From the human T2T-CHM13v2.0 reference genome, Homo sapiens, in the NCBI RefSeq assembly GCF_009914755.1, contig NC_060928.1: a stretch of 64,000 bases of DNA; one strand, 5' to 3'. How positions within the stretch are numbered: position 1 is the first letter of the stretch; every line of letters starts with the position of its first letter. The notes under the pieces were generated by a model, which did no database searches, was not told the origin of the DNA, and worked only from the letters and a program-made list of their open reading frames with translations. Below are positions 1 to 16,626 of the stretch, one piece after another. Both the position numbers and the translations under genes were made by a program.

Positions 1-309
1 TATATTCAGCTTTTCAGATGGGTTCTTTATTTCAAAGGATGCTAATTTATAGCAAATAACTACATGTTCCTAAGGACCCAAAACCTTTTTTCTTTACTCT
101 TGCTCATTTTATTTTTTTTTGTAAAATTTTTTCACATTGTGTTTCAGATAGGCCCTCCCCAAACTTTCATAAATTAATGAGTATTCCACAGACGTGGAGT
201 TTTTAGTCTAGAAGAGTTAGATTCAAGAATTAATGAAATAATCACACAAATGCAAATTTTCAGTAGGAACAAGTATAATATGAATCAATAGTAGAAAGAT
301 TTGATCCAA

Positions 310-872
310 TAAGGAAAGTAAAGGAAGATTTATCTGAGGGAGGCAGTGGGCGCTAACCAGGCAGGAGGCACAGCATGTGCAAAGGCTTGGTGGCAGGCAG
401 CAGCAACACAGTGTGAGGTTGATTACAAGAAGACCTATGAATTTGGAGCCCAAAGAGGAAGATAGTTCAAGATGAGAGCTTGAAGGAATGGGTAGAAATT
501 TTTTCTTCTCATCCTGGAAGCAAAGGGAATCTACTGAAAGATCTTTAAAAACAAGAAGCTGATATAATCAGACCTAAACTTAGACAAGATTACTTCATTT
601 GTGCTGTGGAGAACTCACTGGAAGGCATCCAATAGGCAGATCAGTCAGAAAGGTTTTGCAGTAGACTAAGCAAGAGACATAGGCAATTTGGTCATTTTGG
701 TAGAAAGAAGTGAATTAATTCATGAAGTATTTATAAAATAAAAGTGTTAGGCAATGTTACAGTTCAAGTTTCAGTGGGGAATCAGATAGAATTGAATGAT
801 TCAAGGAATCTTTAAAAGAGAAAGTCATCAGAAATTGGCAGTGCATTAGAAATGAAAAGAGGAAAGGGAGGT
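310..872. mobile_element. Degenerate L2 (LINE2) fragment, split by an LTR and resuming at ~1688
   Basis: L2-like motifs 'cagcatgtgcaaaggc' and 'gaaattggcagtgcattaga...gggaggt|gtcaaggatgacacc' read continuously across the LTR insertion. Confidence 0.55.
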
Positions 873-1682
<810 letters not shown>

Positions 1683-1724
1683 GAGGTGTCAAGGATGACA
1701 CCGGGTCATATAAATCATGCTAAT

Positions 1725-1850
1725 AATGTGCACGTCAGCACATTAAAGGCTCTGAGGAGTCCTACAGCAAAGTAACCTGGCTAGCTATCTAATCCAGCAT
1801 TTCCCCAAATTATTTGAACCTAGATTACCCTTTTCTTTTTCTGGCAACAA
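1725..1850. mobile_element. hAT-Charlie DNA transposon fragment (Charlie4z-like)
   Basis: Recalled motif 'attaaaggctctgaggagtcctacagcaaag...ccagcatttccccaaattatttga'. Confidence 0.45.
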
Positions 1851-1970
1851 TTACTAACTTCCTCAAAATATACATGAGACAACTGAGTTAGCCTAAGAAG
1901 GGCTTTTTTTATTTAAAACAATTTCAAATTTTTTCACATTTTTGTTTGAAACCCTGTGTTAGTCGGCTAG

Positions 1971-2343
<373 letters not shown>

Positions 2344-2517
2344 TCACATGGTTATCCCTCATACTGTGTGTTGTCTGCATGTTCTAATCTCCTCTTTTTA
2401 TAAAGACATCAGGTTGGTTTAAGACCTATCCTAATGGCTTTGTTTTACTTTCATTTCCTCTTTGAAGGCTCTATCCTCAAATACATTTACTTTCTAAGGA
2501 GCTGCAGATTAGGGCTG

Positions 2518-4106
2518 TGATATGGTTTGGCTGTGTCGCCACCCAAATGTCATCTTGAATTGTAGTTCCCATAATCCCCACGTGTCATGGAAAGGACCCG
2601 GTGGCAGGTAATTTAATCATGGGGGCAGTTTCCCTTATGCTATTCTCATAATAGTGAGTAAGTTCTCATGAGATCTGATGGTTTTATAAGGGGTTTCCCC
2701 CTTTGCTTGGCTCTCATTCGCCTTCCTTCTGCCATGTGAGGAAGGAAATGTTTACTTTCCTTTCTGCCATGATTGTAAGTTTCTGGAGGCTTCCCCAGCC
2801 AAGCTGAACTGTGAGTCCATTAAATCTCTTTCTCTTTGTAAATTACCCATCTTTGGTATGTCTTTATTAGCAGTGTTAGAATAAACTAATACAGCAAATT
2901 GATACGGGGTAGTGAGGTACTGCTGTAAAGATACTAAAAAATGTGGAAGCAACTTTGGAACTGGGTAACAGGCAGACGTTGGAACAGTTTGGAGGGCTCA
3001 GGAGAAGACAGAAAAATGTGGGAAAGTTGGGAACTTCCTAGAGATTTGTTGAATGGCTTTGGTCAAAATGCTGTTAATGATATGGATAATAAAGTCCAGG
3101 CCGAGGTGGTTTCCAATGGAGATGAAGAACTTGTTGGGAACTGGAGTAAAGGTCACTCTTGCTATGCAAAGAGACTGGTTGCATTTTGCCCCTGCCCTGG
3201 AGACCTGTGGAACTTTGAACTTGAAAGAGATAATTTAGAGTATCTGGCAGAAGAAAATTCTAAGCAGGAAAGCATTCAAGAGAAAGCAGAGCATAAAAGT
3301 TTGGAAAATTTGCAGCCTGGTGATGCAATAGAAAAGAAAACCCTTTTTCTGGGGAGAAAGTCAAGCCAGCTGCAGAAATTTGCATAAATAATAAGGAGCC
3401 AAATGTTAATCACCAAGACAATGAGGACAATGTCTGCAGGCCATGTCAGAGACCTTAATGGCAGCCCCTCCCATCATAGGCCTGAAGGTGTAGGAGGGAA
3501 AATTGTTTTCATGGGCTGGACCTGGGCCCAGGCTCACCTGCTCTGTGCAGCCTCAGGACATGGTGCCCTGTATCTCAGCTGCTTAGTTCCAGCCATGGCT
3601 AAAAGGGGCCAACATACAGCTTAGACTGTTGCTTCAGCTGGAATGAGTTAAGACTTTGAGGGACTATTGGAAAGGCATGATTGTGTTTTGAAATGTGAGG
3701 ACATGAGATTTGGGAGGGGCCAGGGGAAGAATGATATGGTTTGGCTGTGTCCCCACCCAAATCTCATCCCGAATTGTAGTTCCCATAATCCCCATGTGTC
3801 ATGGGAGGGGCCCAGTGGGAGATAATTGAATCATGGGGGCAGTTTCCCCATGCTATTCTTGTGATAGTGAGTAAGTTCTTATGAGATCTGTTGGTTTTAT
3901 AAAGGGCTTCCCCCTTCACTTGGCTCTCATTCTTCTTCCTGACACCATGTGAAGAAGGACAAGTTTGCTTCCCCTTCTTTCATGATTGTAAGTTTCCCAA
4001 GGCCTTCCCAGACAGGCTGAACTGTGAGTCAATTAAACCTCTTTTCTTTATAAATTACCCAGTCTCGGATATGTCTTTATTAGCAGCGTGACAATGGACT
4101 AATAAA
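2518..4106 (+). mobile_element. THE1 (THE1D/C-like) MaLR element: LTR 2518-2893, deleted internal region 2894-3731, LTR 3732-4106
   Basis: Two direct LTRs starting tgatatggtttggctgtgtc; 5-bp TSD ggctg at 2513-2517 and 4107-4111; typical THE1-int sequence between them. Confidence 0.95.
2941..3387 (+). pseudogene. Remnant of the THE1 internal ORF (148 aa)
   Basis: Translation 'WNSLEGSGEDRKMWES.ELPRDLLNGF' is characteristic of THE1/MST internal ORF remnants; lies inside the THE1-int. Confidence 0.75.
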
Positions 4107-4906
4107 GGCTGCAACATATGAATTTTGTGGGGACATCATTTAGCCCATCACCACCCTAGAGGCATAAACCTCTTTTCTAGAGCCAGTGCCATCTTTGTTC
4201 CTCCACACCCTACACCACAGGCAAGGTCTGGTGGTCCAGTGTCATGAAGAGTCATCTTATGTCTCCATCCTCAGCACTCTTCATGGTGAGTCCCAATACA
4301 TGCTACGGCAAGATTTCTATTACTTAGATTCGCTATTAGTAAACCTGTAACATACCAACAAGGATAAGGAAAAAGGAGCCAACAGTATTCCTGATCACCC
4401 CTATACGCAGATATCAAAGATGGAGGTGTTAGTGGAAGAGAGGCAGTGCTTCTGGATTTTTTTTCCTAATGATATGAAACCAGCATTTCACCTTGAAGCA
4501 GAAGAGCACCTAAGTCCAGGTGAACACCACTCTGCTCTGCTTCCCTGTGCCAGCAGTCCAGAAGTCCAGCATCCACAGAGCCAGGTCTCATCTATGTGGG
4601 CTGGGAGGTGAGCAGTTTGTGAGATGCATGGGAACTAAAGTTCAAATTCTTACACCACCCTCCACTCAGAATGTAAGTCATTTGACTTTTCTCTGTTTCT
4701 TTTCCTGGGAGGATGGCTGAGAGGATTATGTTCATGGATCATTCTGCTTTTAAAAACAAAACTGAAACACTCTTCCCACATAAAAGTAAGATCTTCACTC
4801 ATCCCATTACCAGCTGACTAGTAAAGTAATGGTATGGTCTGAATGTCTGTGTCTGCCCGAAATTTATATGTTGAAATCCTAACCCACAAGATGATGGTAT
4901 TGGGAG

Positions 4907-5264
4907 TGTATTAGTTCATTTACATGCTGCTGATAAAGATATACTTGAGACTGGGTAATTTATAAAGAAAAAGAGGTTTAATGGACTCACCGTTCCACAT
5001 GGCTGTGGTTCCACAATCACGACAGAAGGTGAAAGGCACATCTTACATGGCAGCAAAGAGAGAGAATGAGAACCAAGCAAAAAGGGAAACCCCTTATAAA
5101 ACCATCAGATCTCATGAGACTTATTCACTACCACGAGAACAGTATTGGGGAAACCATCCCCATGATTCAATTACCTCCCACGGGGTTCCTCCCACAACAC
5201 ATGGGAATTATGGGAGCTACAATTCAAGATGAGATTTGGGTGAGGACACAGCCAAACCATATCA
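4907..5264 (-). mobile_element. THE1B/C solo LTR
   Basis: tgtattagt...gacacagccaaaccatatca; near-perfect TSD gggag/aggag. Confidence 0.92.
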
Positions 5265-5289
5265 AGGAGATAGGGCCTTTGTGGGGAGC

Positions 5290-5479
5290 ATATCATGATA
5301 TGCCAGCTCCCCTTTGCCTTCCCTTATGATTATCAGCTTCCTGAGGCCCTCCCCAGAAGCAGATGCTGGAACCATGCTTCTAACAGCCTGCGGAACTGTG
5401 AGCTAATTACATCTCTTTTCTGTATAAATTACCAAGACTCCAGTATTTCTTTATAGCAATGAAAAAATGGCCTCATAAA
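5290..5479 (+). mobile_element. MST (MSTB-like) LTR 3' half
   Basis: 'gcttcctgaggccctccccagaagcagatgctgg...tataaattacc...tatttctttatagcaatg'. Confidence 0.75.
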
Positions 5480-5986
5480 AGAGACCTCAGAGAGTTAGCT
5501 AGCCCCTTCCACCATGTGAGGACACAATGAGAAGGCACCATCTGTAAACCAGAGAGTAAGAGCTCACCAGACATCAGATCTGCTGATACTTTGATCTTGG
5601 ACTTCCCAACCTCCATAACTGTGAGGAATAAATTTGTCTTGTTCATCAGCCACCCAGTTTATGGTATTTTGTTAAAGTAGCCTGAACAGATTAAGAAAAG
5701 TGGTTAGAGAGTCAAAACAGTATGGATGTGTTATATCCACAACTCATAAATTCAATCTAAGAAGTGAATATTTTATTTATTATGTTGCATGCTATTTTAT
5801 ATTCTGTATTCTCCACTAGCCCCAAAGTGATTGGAACTTTGACTTCAGGTTTCCTATGTTTCTAGTTTCAGCTAGTCTTTTAAATATCATCACATGATCT
5901 TTATTGGAGTTAAGTCCCAAATGAATAACAAACCAATGAAAACTTCCTGCTTGTTTTCTGATCAGGTATTGTTTATGTTAAGGAAG

Positions 5987-6373
5987 GTGCTATGGTTTGC
6001 ATGTGTCCCCCAAAGTTCATGAGTTAGACACTTAATCCCCAGAGCCACAGTGTTGAGAGGTGGGGCCTTTAGGAAGTCATTAGGTCATGAAAGCTCTGCC
6101 CTCATGAATGAATTAATGCCATTATCTTGGGAGTGGGTTCGTTATCTTGGGATTTCTGATAAAGGGATGAGTTTGGCTCCCTTCCCTTCTCTGTCACAGG
6201 TGCTCTCTTGCCCTTCCACCTTCCCCCATGGAATGACACAGCAAGAAGGCCCTCATCAGATGGGGGCCCCTTGACCTTGACTTCCCAGCCTCCAGAACTT
6301 TAAGAAATAAATCTCTGGTCTTTATAAATGACCCAGTCTCAGGTATTCTGTTGTAGCAGCACAAACAAAGACA
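5987..6373 (+). mobile_element. MST (MSTC/D-like) solo LTR
   Basis: tgctatggtttgcatgtgtcccccaaagttcatg...gtattctgttgtagcagcacaaacaaagaca. Confidence 0.85.
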
Positions 6374-7982
6374 GGAAGAGCCAGAATTTTTTTTTTTCCT
6401 CTTAAATCCTATTAAGCCTCAGAATCTGCATACTGCTTTTTGGAACCTGAATACCACCAATTGAGTCATTTTATGAAATGTGTCCACTGTCTTATTCTAA
6501 CATAATGGTCAAAAGATGTTTAGTTTGCATGTCAGTCAGCTACTTCCCAAGAAGATATTGTTTGACCTGGCTTTTCTACAAGCTCACTGTCCTGTCCTAA
6601 TAGCAGGACAGGGATCCATGAAAATAGAAGGAACTGAGCAGATTTCCCTGAACTTGTTAGGCATGGGTTATTACAGCTAGTCTAGCTCTGGCAGGTTCCC
6701 CCTGTACATAGCCAGTAGTTAAGCACCGTATCATGAATCAGGTTTGAATTATCGCCTCTATTCATAGCACAGAATAAGTTAATTTGAGACGGATATGTCT
6801 TTGTTCAAGGTAGACTTATTGCCTTATTTTTTCCTAGTAGATATTTACTAAACTCATATGTTCTTTCTAGTGCTGCCACGTCTATACCATTGCTCCTGAA
6901 ATCTTAGTTCAAATCCAACTTCTGCCACTTTAGCACCTTGTCATTTTATCCATCTAAGCTGAAATTCAAAGCCTCTAACTCCTACTCTTAGGTGAAGATT
7001 TTTTTTTCCCTGATCTCTTCTCACATGTGAGACTTTGTGGGTATCAGGAGCCATGGGGACTAGGCAGCCTGGTAATTACATTGTTTACTTCCTAGTTTCA
7101 CACAAAACCAAGTCAATCCTGGGCCTGCCACCAAGCACCCTTTAGGGAAATATATTTCAAAAAGCTTCACTGAAACCACTTATTTATTGACATTCAGAGA
7201 CAGTTAATCATTCTGCCGAGCAAGAAACACTTAGACCAAACAAGAAACAGCCCAACCTTTCAAGCACCGAGCCTTTGTCAAAGGTTTATTGAGAAAAGAA
7301 AGGCACAAAAGAACCAGCGTTGCCAAACTCGGGCAGCCATTGTCAACCCTTTGCCAAGTGATAGTATCATATGGCATCAGACATGAGCTTAAGAAAGAGA
7401 AAAAAGGAGGAAGGAATAAGCTTTCTTTCCATATATAAATCAGATTGAAGTTACTGTTCCTTTTTGGGACTTTCAGTGTTTATCCTCTTTCTGGAATATA
7501 TTTTCCTTCTTCTTGCTTCAGCTCACCATCCCCAAAACATACACATGCACACACATGCACATTGTCCCATACCTTCATAATATATTTGAATGATACAGTC
7601 TGCTAAAATTACTGTCACAGACATTATCTTCATCTTGGACACCTGTTTGTTCTAGTTCCTGGCTGCCTGGAAGTTCTGAAAACGTGACTCAGCCTAGAGC
7701 TTTTTGTTAAACCATAAGGAAAGCTACTAATTTCTCTACACAGAGATAGCATGTATAAAGTAATCACCACTGTGATCCAGAAATGGTGATGTCTACACTG
7801 GGAGTGATTGATGGTGGTTATTACTGGGGTGGAGATGGTACGAGTGACATCTTAAGATACATTTATTAAAATGGGCCAAGAACCACATGAAATGCTTTGC
7901 TTGTTTTGAAGTAGGTTTCTTTGCCCAAAGGTTAAGGAAATATTTCAAAAAGGCAAAAAGAGATTGACCCCCACACACTCTC

Positions 7983-8840
7983 TTATTTTCTGTATGAACA
8001 TTTTCAAGCTACAGAAAAGTTGAAAGAATTGTACATGAACTACACTCACCACCTGAAATCTACAACTAAAATTTTTCATATTTGCCTGATCACATATGTA
8101 ACCATCTAACCATCCCTCTATCAAGTAATGTATCTTTTTATTTAACTGTATTTCAGAGCAAGTTGCAAACATCAGTTCATTTCACCCCAGCACTTCAATA
8201 TGCATTGCATTAACTGTAAGTTTTTTTTATGGTTATCTTCTTTCCCTTCTTCATCCTACCCTGGTATAATTTACATACAGTGAAATATACAAATTTAAGT
8301 GTATTATTTGGGAGTTTTAACTGTATAACTCAAATTTCCATCAAGATATATAGAAAACATTATCATTACCCAGGAAAACCCTCTTGCTGTTTCCAATCAA
8401 TCCTTGTCCCCAGCCCCATGGAGTCAATGACTGTTCTAATTTTTAAAAATCACCACAGATTAATTTAGCCTGTTCAAAACTTCATATTCATGAATCATAC
8501 ATTTATATCACACATTTGTATGATTACATATATACATATGTCCTCCTTTGTGTAAGGCTTCTTTTACTCAGCCTGGTTTTGTGTTTTGTTGATGTTGCAT
8601 GTTTCTTTTTCTTTTTTATTGCTCAGTAGTATAATATTTTATTGCTCATTCTTTTTTATTGCTTAGTAGTATTTCATTGTATGACTACACCACAGTGTTT
8701 TTTACTATTGTTGGACATTTGGATTATTTCAGTTTGGGGCTATTATGAATAAAGCTAATATCAAGACTCCTGTACCAGTCTTTATGTGCACTTTTGTGTA
8801 AATATCTAGGAGTGGAAAATTGCTAGGTCATAGAGTTGTT
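7983..8840 (-). mobile_element. Old L1M (L1MC/MD/ME-type) 3' fragments
   Basis: 'acagaaaagttgaaagaattgtaca', 'ggtataatttacatacagtgaaat', 'ggggctattatgaataaagct' are L1M 3' motifs in antisense. Confidence 0.7.
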
Positions 8841-9618
8841 CCATAGCCTTCACATCCAGGCCCTGTTGGGCTTAAATTTTCTTGGAAGAGCAATTTCCAA
8901 ATCCTTTCAAGTCCAGAATATTTTTTTCACACAGCAATAGTAAAATAAGACAATAATAGTTAATTTTTAGGTCCAAAATGTATTTATTTTCCATATGCTT
9001 AAAGGCAGTGTATTTCCTAAAAGACTAGTTTCAAACCAGTGTATTAAGACACATTGGCATATGAATTAGTGGGAGAATCAAGATTTGGAACATTGTAGGC
9101 AACTCGAGCTTGTCACATGATAGCTGGTGGCCCCACAGTCATGCCATGTGATAAATCCATGTAGGCAACAACAACAAAAAAACCCAAACGGCCTGCATTC
9201 TGCCTCTTGACATCCACAAAGCACTTGGATATTGGAACACTGCTAACAAAAACCTGTGGGTCTACATAGGCTTGCCAACAGAAGCAGCAGAAGTAGCCAG
9301 AGTATAACCTCTGCCTTACTTCCTTCTACCTTTCTCTTCTTGCATTCTACTGTCTGAATCTAAGTCAGTGTGGGAACTCTCCTGCCAGAGCACCTGGGAA
9401 ATCTGGATGAAGATACCAGCATCAGTCTACCTTATTCCTCACCTATCTCCCCTCCCATGCTCACAAATCCTGTTCCATCACCTCTGGCCTGCTGATAGAC
9501 CTTCTTCAAGTGATTATCTCCCCGCTTTCCTCCGTCTTTAACCTCTACCTTTTCTTCCATCTCCTATCAACATAACCTAACAACTTGACTCTTCCAGTGT
9601 AAACCTCCCTTAGTCCTC

Positions 9619-9835
9619 CAGTTGACCCTTGAACAACACAGGTTCAAATGCATGGGTCCACTTATAAGTGGGTTTTTTTCAACCAAACCCATTTAAAAAA
9701 CACAGTGTTACTAGGATGTGAAACCCACGTATATACCAAAGGCCAGCTTCTCCTAAGCGGTTTCCTAAGTGGTTCCTCAGGCCACCTGTGATAATTGAGT
9801 ATGCATGGATTTTGGTATACGCAGAGGTCCTGGAA
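9619..9835. mobile_element. Tigger2-family non-autonomous DNA transposon fragment
   Basis: Terminus cagttgacccttgaacaacac; 'ttgagtatgcatggattttggtatac...ggtcctggaa'; other TIR missing. Confidence 0.75.
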
Positions 9836-9836
9836 G

Positions 9837-10029
9837 ATTGCCGGGGCTTAGGGGAAGAAGGAAATGGGGATTGCTGTTCAATGGGTATAAAGTTTCAATT
9901 ATGCAAGATGAATAAGTTCTAGAAATCTGCTGTATAATATGATGTCTGTAGTTAACAATACTGTATTGTGCACTTAAAATTTAAGAATGTAGATCTCCTG
10001 TTAAGTGCTCTTACTACAAGGAAATAAAA
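9837..10029 (+). mobile_element. L1MA/MB 3' end
   Basis: 'atgggtataaagtttcaattatgcaagatgaataagttctagaaatctgctgta' followed by aataaaa. Confidence 0.85.
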
Positions 10030-10924
10030 GTCATGTATAAGAAATTCTATAATTTTTCATACACTAAATTCTTATGTATGCTATGGTCTCATTTTGGGGG
10101 AAGGAGAGAAAGATTTGCTCTATATCATTGTTATGTCTCTGTTTTTTTGCCCTAGCTTTTGGGGAGATTTTAGCCATAGATAGCTTACCACCCTAAAATA
10201 GCACATTCCTAGGATGATAGTCTTCTTAATTAATTTTTCAAATGTGAATTACACATACAATAATATAACATTCCACTTCATATAGTCATTTAATTATAAA
10301 AGTTTTAGCATAAACACAAAAATTAGAAAAATAAGGTTACATTTTTGGGTGAGAGAATTGTGGGTGACTCTGAGGTATGGTTCTGCAACTTATGTAAGGA
10401 GCACACCAATGTATTTTTCTGTCTTTAATGCAAAAAGTATTTATTGAGCACCTTCTCTGTGTGCCAGTTGTTGTTGAAGACCTGGGATGACAAAAAATAA
10501 ATAAGTTTCCCTAAACCAATGATTAGACTCCTTGACTTGACACTAGCAGGGTTTTTCCAGCACAGATAAATCTGGCAAGCAAAGGAAAGCTTTAGTGTCA
10601 GATCCAAAATGTTAGTGCAAATGAATGTAACCTGAGATTGTCCTAAATGGGATTGCTGTAGCCAACGCATAATATGTTCTTTGACCTTCTGAGATTGACT
10701 GAACCAAATTTGTCATGAGAAATTGTCTCCTCTTAGATCTCCTATCATTCTTAACACTAGATTACATAACTTAAAAAAAAAGAAAAGAAAGAGGATAGAA
10801 AAAAAGAGTGTCATGAATCAATCTAAGATTCTTGTGAATCAAATTATATTCTTTGTATCTATTTTTAGAGAAGGTAATTGAAACTCAATTTTCAGCACTG
10901 TATACTCAGTTTTCATTGCTCTCC

Positions 10925-11075
10925 TGTATGTTAATGCATAATTCTCATAACAACCATATGGAATAGGTATTAATATCCCCCAATTTATGGGTGAGGAACC
11001 ATAGGAATAGATTAACTGACTTACACAAAGTCGTAAAGTTAGTAACAGGAGGTTTGAACCCAGCAATCTTAATCA
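10925..11075 (-). mobile_element. MIR
   Basis: Core 'aattctcataacaaccatatggaataggtattaatatcccc...ggtttgaacccag'. Confidence 0.75.
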
Positions 11076-11779
11076 ACCCGGCATTTTTCTCTTAAATGTA
11101 GAGACCCCTTCCCCTACTTTCATATTGGTATTTTTAAAAGACTAGACTCATGTTCTTCCTTTTCATGTACTAGAAACGTGTAGGAGTGACTTGGCCAATG
11201 CTACCAAGAAGAGCGTTGACTTTAATGCAAACGTCTACCCGCGTTTGTAGTAGTTTCCTTTCTTTGTCCCCTGCCAGGTTCTCAAGCAGAGCTTAACTCA
11301 TGGAGACAGGTAAATATTAACTTTTAGGTCAGCATCACCATACGTCACACACAAGAGTCTAAACAGAAGGGTACTTTGGTCTCTCCCGGCTTCTCCTCTC
11401 ACCTGGACAGAGGAAGATAGAAATGCAGCCTCCTTTGTTTCTCTAAAAATCAGAAGATGGCTTTGCCACCTTCATTTGATGGGATCAGATTGTGTTTTTG
11501 CATGTGTGTGTATAATACATACCAAATTTTAATGATCAAAATAATCAGGGGACTCTACTCCCAGTTACCAGATTTCTGTGTGTTTGTGTTCAAAAGTACA
11601 GACACATGTACAAAGAAATACAATAAACAAATGTAGAGTTCAAGGGACATTAGAAATTAGTACAATTCTATTTATCAAAAGGGAAAGGGAGTACCCCCAA
11701 AATTGTTTACCAAAATCACATAGATTCTATTTTGATAAAGTCTTTACTTTTTAGCTCTATTTATACTATTACACTTTAA

Positions 11780-13758
<1,979 letters not shown>

Positions 13759-13764
13759 GTTATT

Positions 13765-13882
13765 GATATGTGTGTGTGTATGTGTGTATGTATGTATATG
13801 TGTATAGATATATATATGTATATGCGTCTATATATGTATATATGTATTTATGTGTATATATGTAGATGTATGTATGTATATA
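13765..13882. repeat. (TG)n/(TA)n/(TATG)n compound microsatellite
   Basis: Directly visible alternating purine-pyrimidine tract. Confidence 0.95.
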
Positions 13883-15699
13883 CCTTAAATCTGTAATTAT
13901 TCTGCTTTTAATAAGATTCAGGAAGAGGCCAAACTTGCTGAGTCTGTTCAATCCACTGTCTTTACCTGGTGTTTCACCAAGACACATTTAAATAGAGACA
14001 GTATTTACCAACATATCTACACAGAGGTCCAACAACATGTAATTATCTGTTCTAATTCATGGTGAATTACAGTATTTAATAATATTTTTTAAAATTATCA
14101 TAAAAAGCTAATTCATTTGTGAACACAAATTTTTCTTAATTCCCACTTCATGACGTATTAGTTTTATGATCACGTTAGGCTTACTCCACAAACATTTATT
14201 GGTATCTGCTTTATCCATGGAGTCACAGCAGGTGATAGAGGATTTGTAACCCTCTCCCCTTTCCCTGCCACTCCACTGAGAAGCAGATATCATGGCATGA
14301 ATGATTAAATAGGAGACTATATTTCATTTATAAAATGGCTTAGGAACTTTTACAGATGAAAGAAACTGTTCTTGAAACTGCCAATAATATCAGGAAAGTG
14401 AATACTAGGTCTTATTTGTTCTTTTTAATGATTTTTTCATACCCATTAACCATTCTCACCCCCACCTCCCCATCCTCCATGGCCCCACTACCCTTCTCAG
14501 CCTCTGGTAACCATCCTTCTACTCTCTGTGTCCATGAGTAGTTTAGATTTTTAGCTCCCACAAATAGGTGACGACATGTGAAGTTTGTCTTTCTGTGCGT
14601 GGCTTATTTCACTTAAAATAATGATCTCCAGTTCCATCCCTGTTGTTGCAAATGACAGGATCTCATTCTTTTATGGCTGAATAGTATTTTGTTATGTTTA
14701 TGTACCACATTTTCTTTATCCATTCATCTGTTGATGGAAACTTAGGTCGCTTCCAAATCATAGCTGTTGTGAATAGTGCTGCAATAAACATGGGAAATTA
14801 GGTATCTCTTTGATATCCTAATTTCCTTTCTTTGGGGTATATAACTAGCAGTGGGATTGCTGGATTGCACGGTAGCTCTATTTTTAGGTTTGTTTGTTTA
14901 ACTTTTATTTTAAGTACATGTAGAGGTTTGTTATATGCAGGTAAAGTGGTGTCATGGGGGTTTGTTGTACAGATTATTTTGTCACCCAGATATTAAGCCT
15001 GGTACCCATTAGTTATTTTTCCTGATCCTCCCTTCTACCCTGCACCCTCCAGTAGTCCTCCATGTCTGTTTTTGCTCTCTATGTATCCATGCATTCTCAT
15101 CATTTAGCTCCCACTTATAAGTGATAACATGCAATATTTGGTTTTCTGTTCCTGTGTTAGTTTGCTAAGGGTGATGCCCTCCAGCTCCATGATCCTTCAA
15201 AGGACATGATATTGTTCCTTTTTACACTTGCATAATATTCCATAGTGTATATGTACCAATTTTCTTTATCCAGTCTGCCACTGATGGGCATTTAGGTTGA
15301 TTCCATGTCTTTGCTATTATGAACAGTGCTGCAGTGAACATATGTGTGCATATGTCTTTATGATAGAACGATTTATATTCCTTTGGGTATATACCCAGTA
15401 ATGGGACTCCTGGGTCGATTGGTAGTTCTGTTTTTAGGTCTTTGAGGAATTGCCACACTGTTTTCCACAATGGCTGAACTAATTTACACTCCTATCAACA
15501 GTGTATAAGCCTTCGCTTTTCTCCGCAACCTCACCAGCACCTGTCATTTTTTTGACTTTTAATAATAGCCATTCTGACTGGTGCAAGATGGTATCTCATT
15601 ATGGTTTTGATTTGCATTTCTTTAATGATCAGTAATATTGGGCTTTTTTTCATATGTTTGTTGGGTGAACATATGTCTTCTTTGAAAAGTGTCTGTTCA

Positions 15700-16626
15700 G
15701 CAACCTACAGAATGGGAGAAAATTTTTGCAATCTATCGATCTGACAAAGGGCTAATATCCAGAATCTATAGAGAGCTTAAACAAATTTACAAGAAAAAAA
15801 AAACCCCATCAAAAAGTGGGCAAAGGATATGAACAGACACTTCTCAAAAGAGAACATTCATGCGGCCAACAAACATATGAAAAAAAGCTCATCGTCACTG
15901 GTCATTAGAGAAATGCAAATCAAAATCACAATGAGATACCATCTCACGCCAGTTAGAATGGCGATCATTCTTAAAAAGTCAGGAAATAACAGAAGCTGGA
16001 GAGGATGTGGAGAAATAGGAACACTTTTACACTGTTGGTGGGAGTGTAAATTAGTTCAGCCATTGTAGAAGACAGTATGGAGATTCCTCAAGGATCTAGA
16101 ACCAGAAATAGCATTTGACCCAGCAATCCCATTACTGGGTATATACCCAAAGGATTATAAATCATTCTATAAATACACATGCACATATATGTTTATTGCA
16201 CTGACTTGGAACCAACCCAAATGTCCATCAGTGATAGACTGGATAAAAAATATAGCACATATACACCATGGAATACTACGCAGCCCTAAAAAAGATGAGT
16301 TCATGTCCTTTGCAGGGACATGGATGAAGCTGGAAACCATCATTCTCAGCAAACTAACACAGAAACAGAAAACCAAACACCACATGTTCTCACTCATAAG
16401 TGGGAGTTCAACAGTTAGAACACACGGACACAGGGAGGGGAACATCACACACCGGGCCTATCGGGGTTGGGGGCAAGGGGAGGGATAGCATTAGGAGAAA
16501 TATCTAAAGTAGATGATGGGTTGATGGGTGCAGCAAACCACCATGGCAAGTGTATACCTATGTAACAAACCTGCACATTCTGCACATGTATCCCAGAACT
16601 TAAAGTATAATTTAAGAAAAAAAAAA
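15700..16626 (+). mobile_element. 5'-truncated L1PA (PA7/8-like) 3' end, inverted relative to its host
   Basis: Perfect 15-bp TSD aaaagtgtctgttca at 15685-15699 and 16623-16637; ORF2 C-terminus, 3'UTR and A tail. Confidence 0.95.

Larger units (their letters stand above)
4831..5697 (+). mobile_element. MLT1A/B-like solo LTR hosting a THE1 LTR and an MST LTR fragment
   Basis: Start 'tggtatggtctgaatgtctgtgtc...aatttatatgttgaaatcctaaccc'; resumes ~5480 'agagacctcagagag...ccatgtgaggacaca...gtagcctgaacagattaaga'. Confidence 0.8.

Noticed and set aside
6590-6612. Short hairpin cctgtcct-aatagc-aggacagg
   Set aside because: An 8-bp stem is expected by chance in 64 kb
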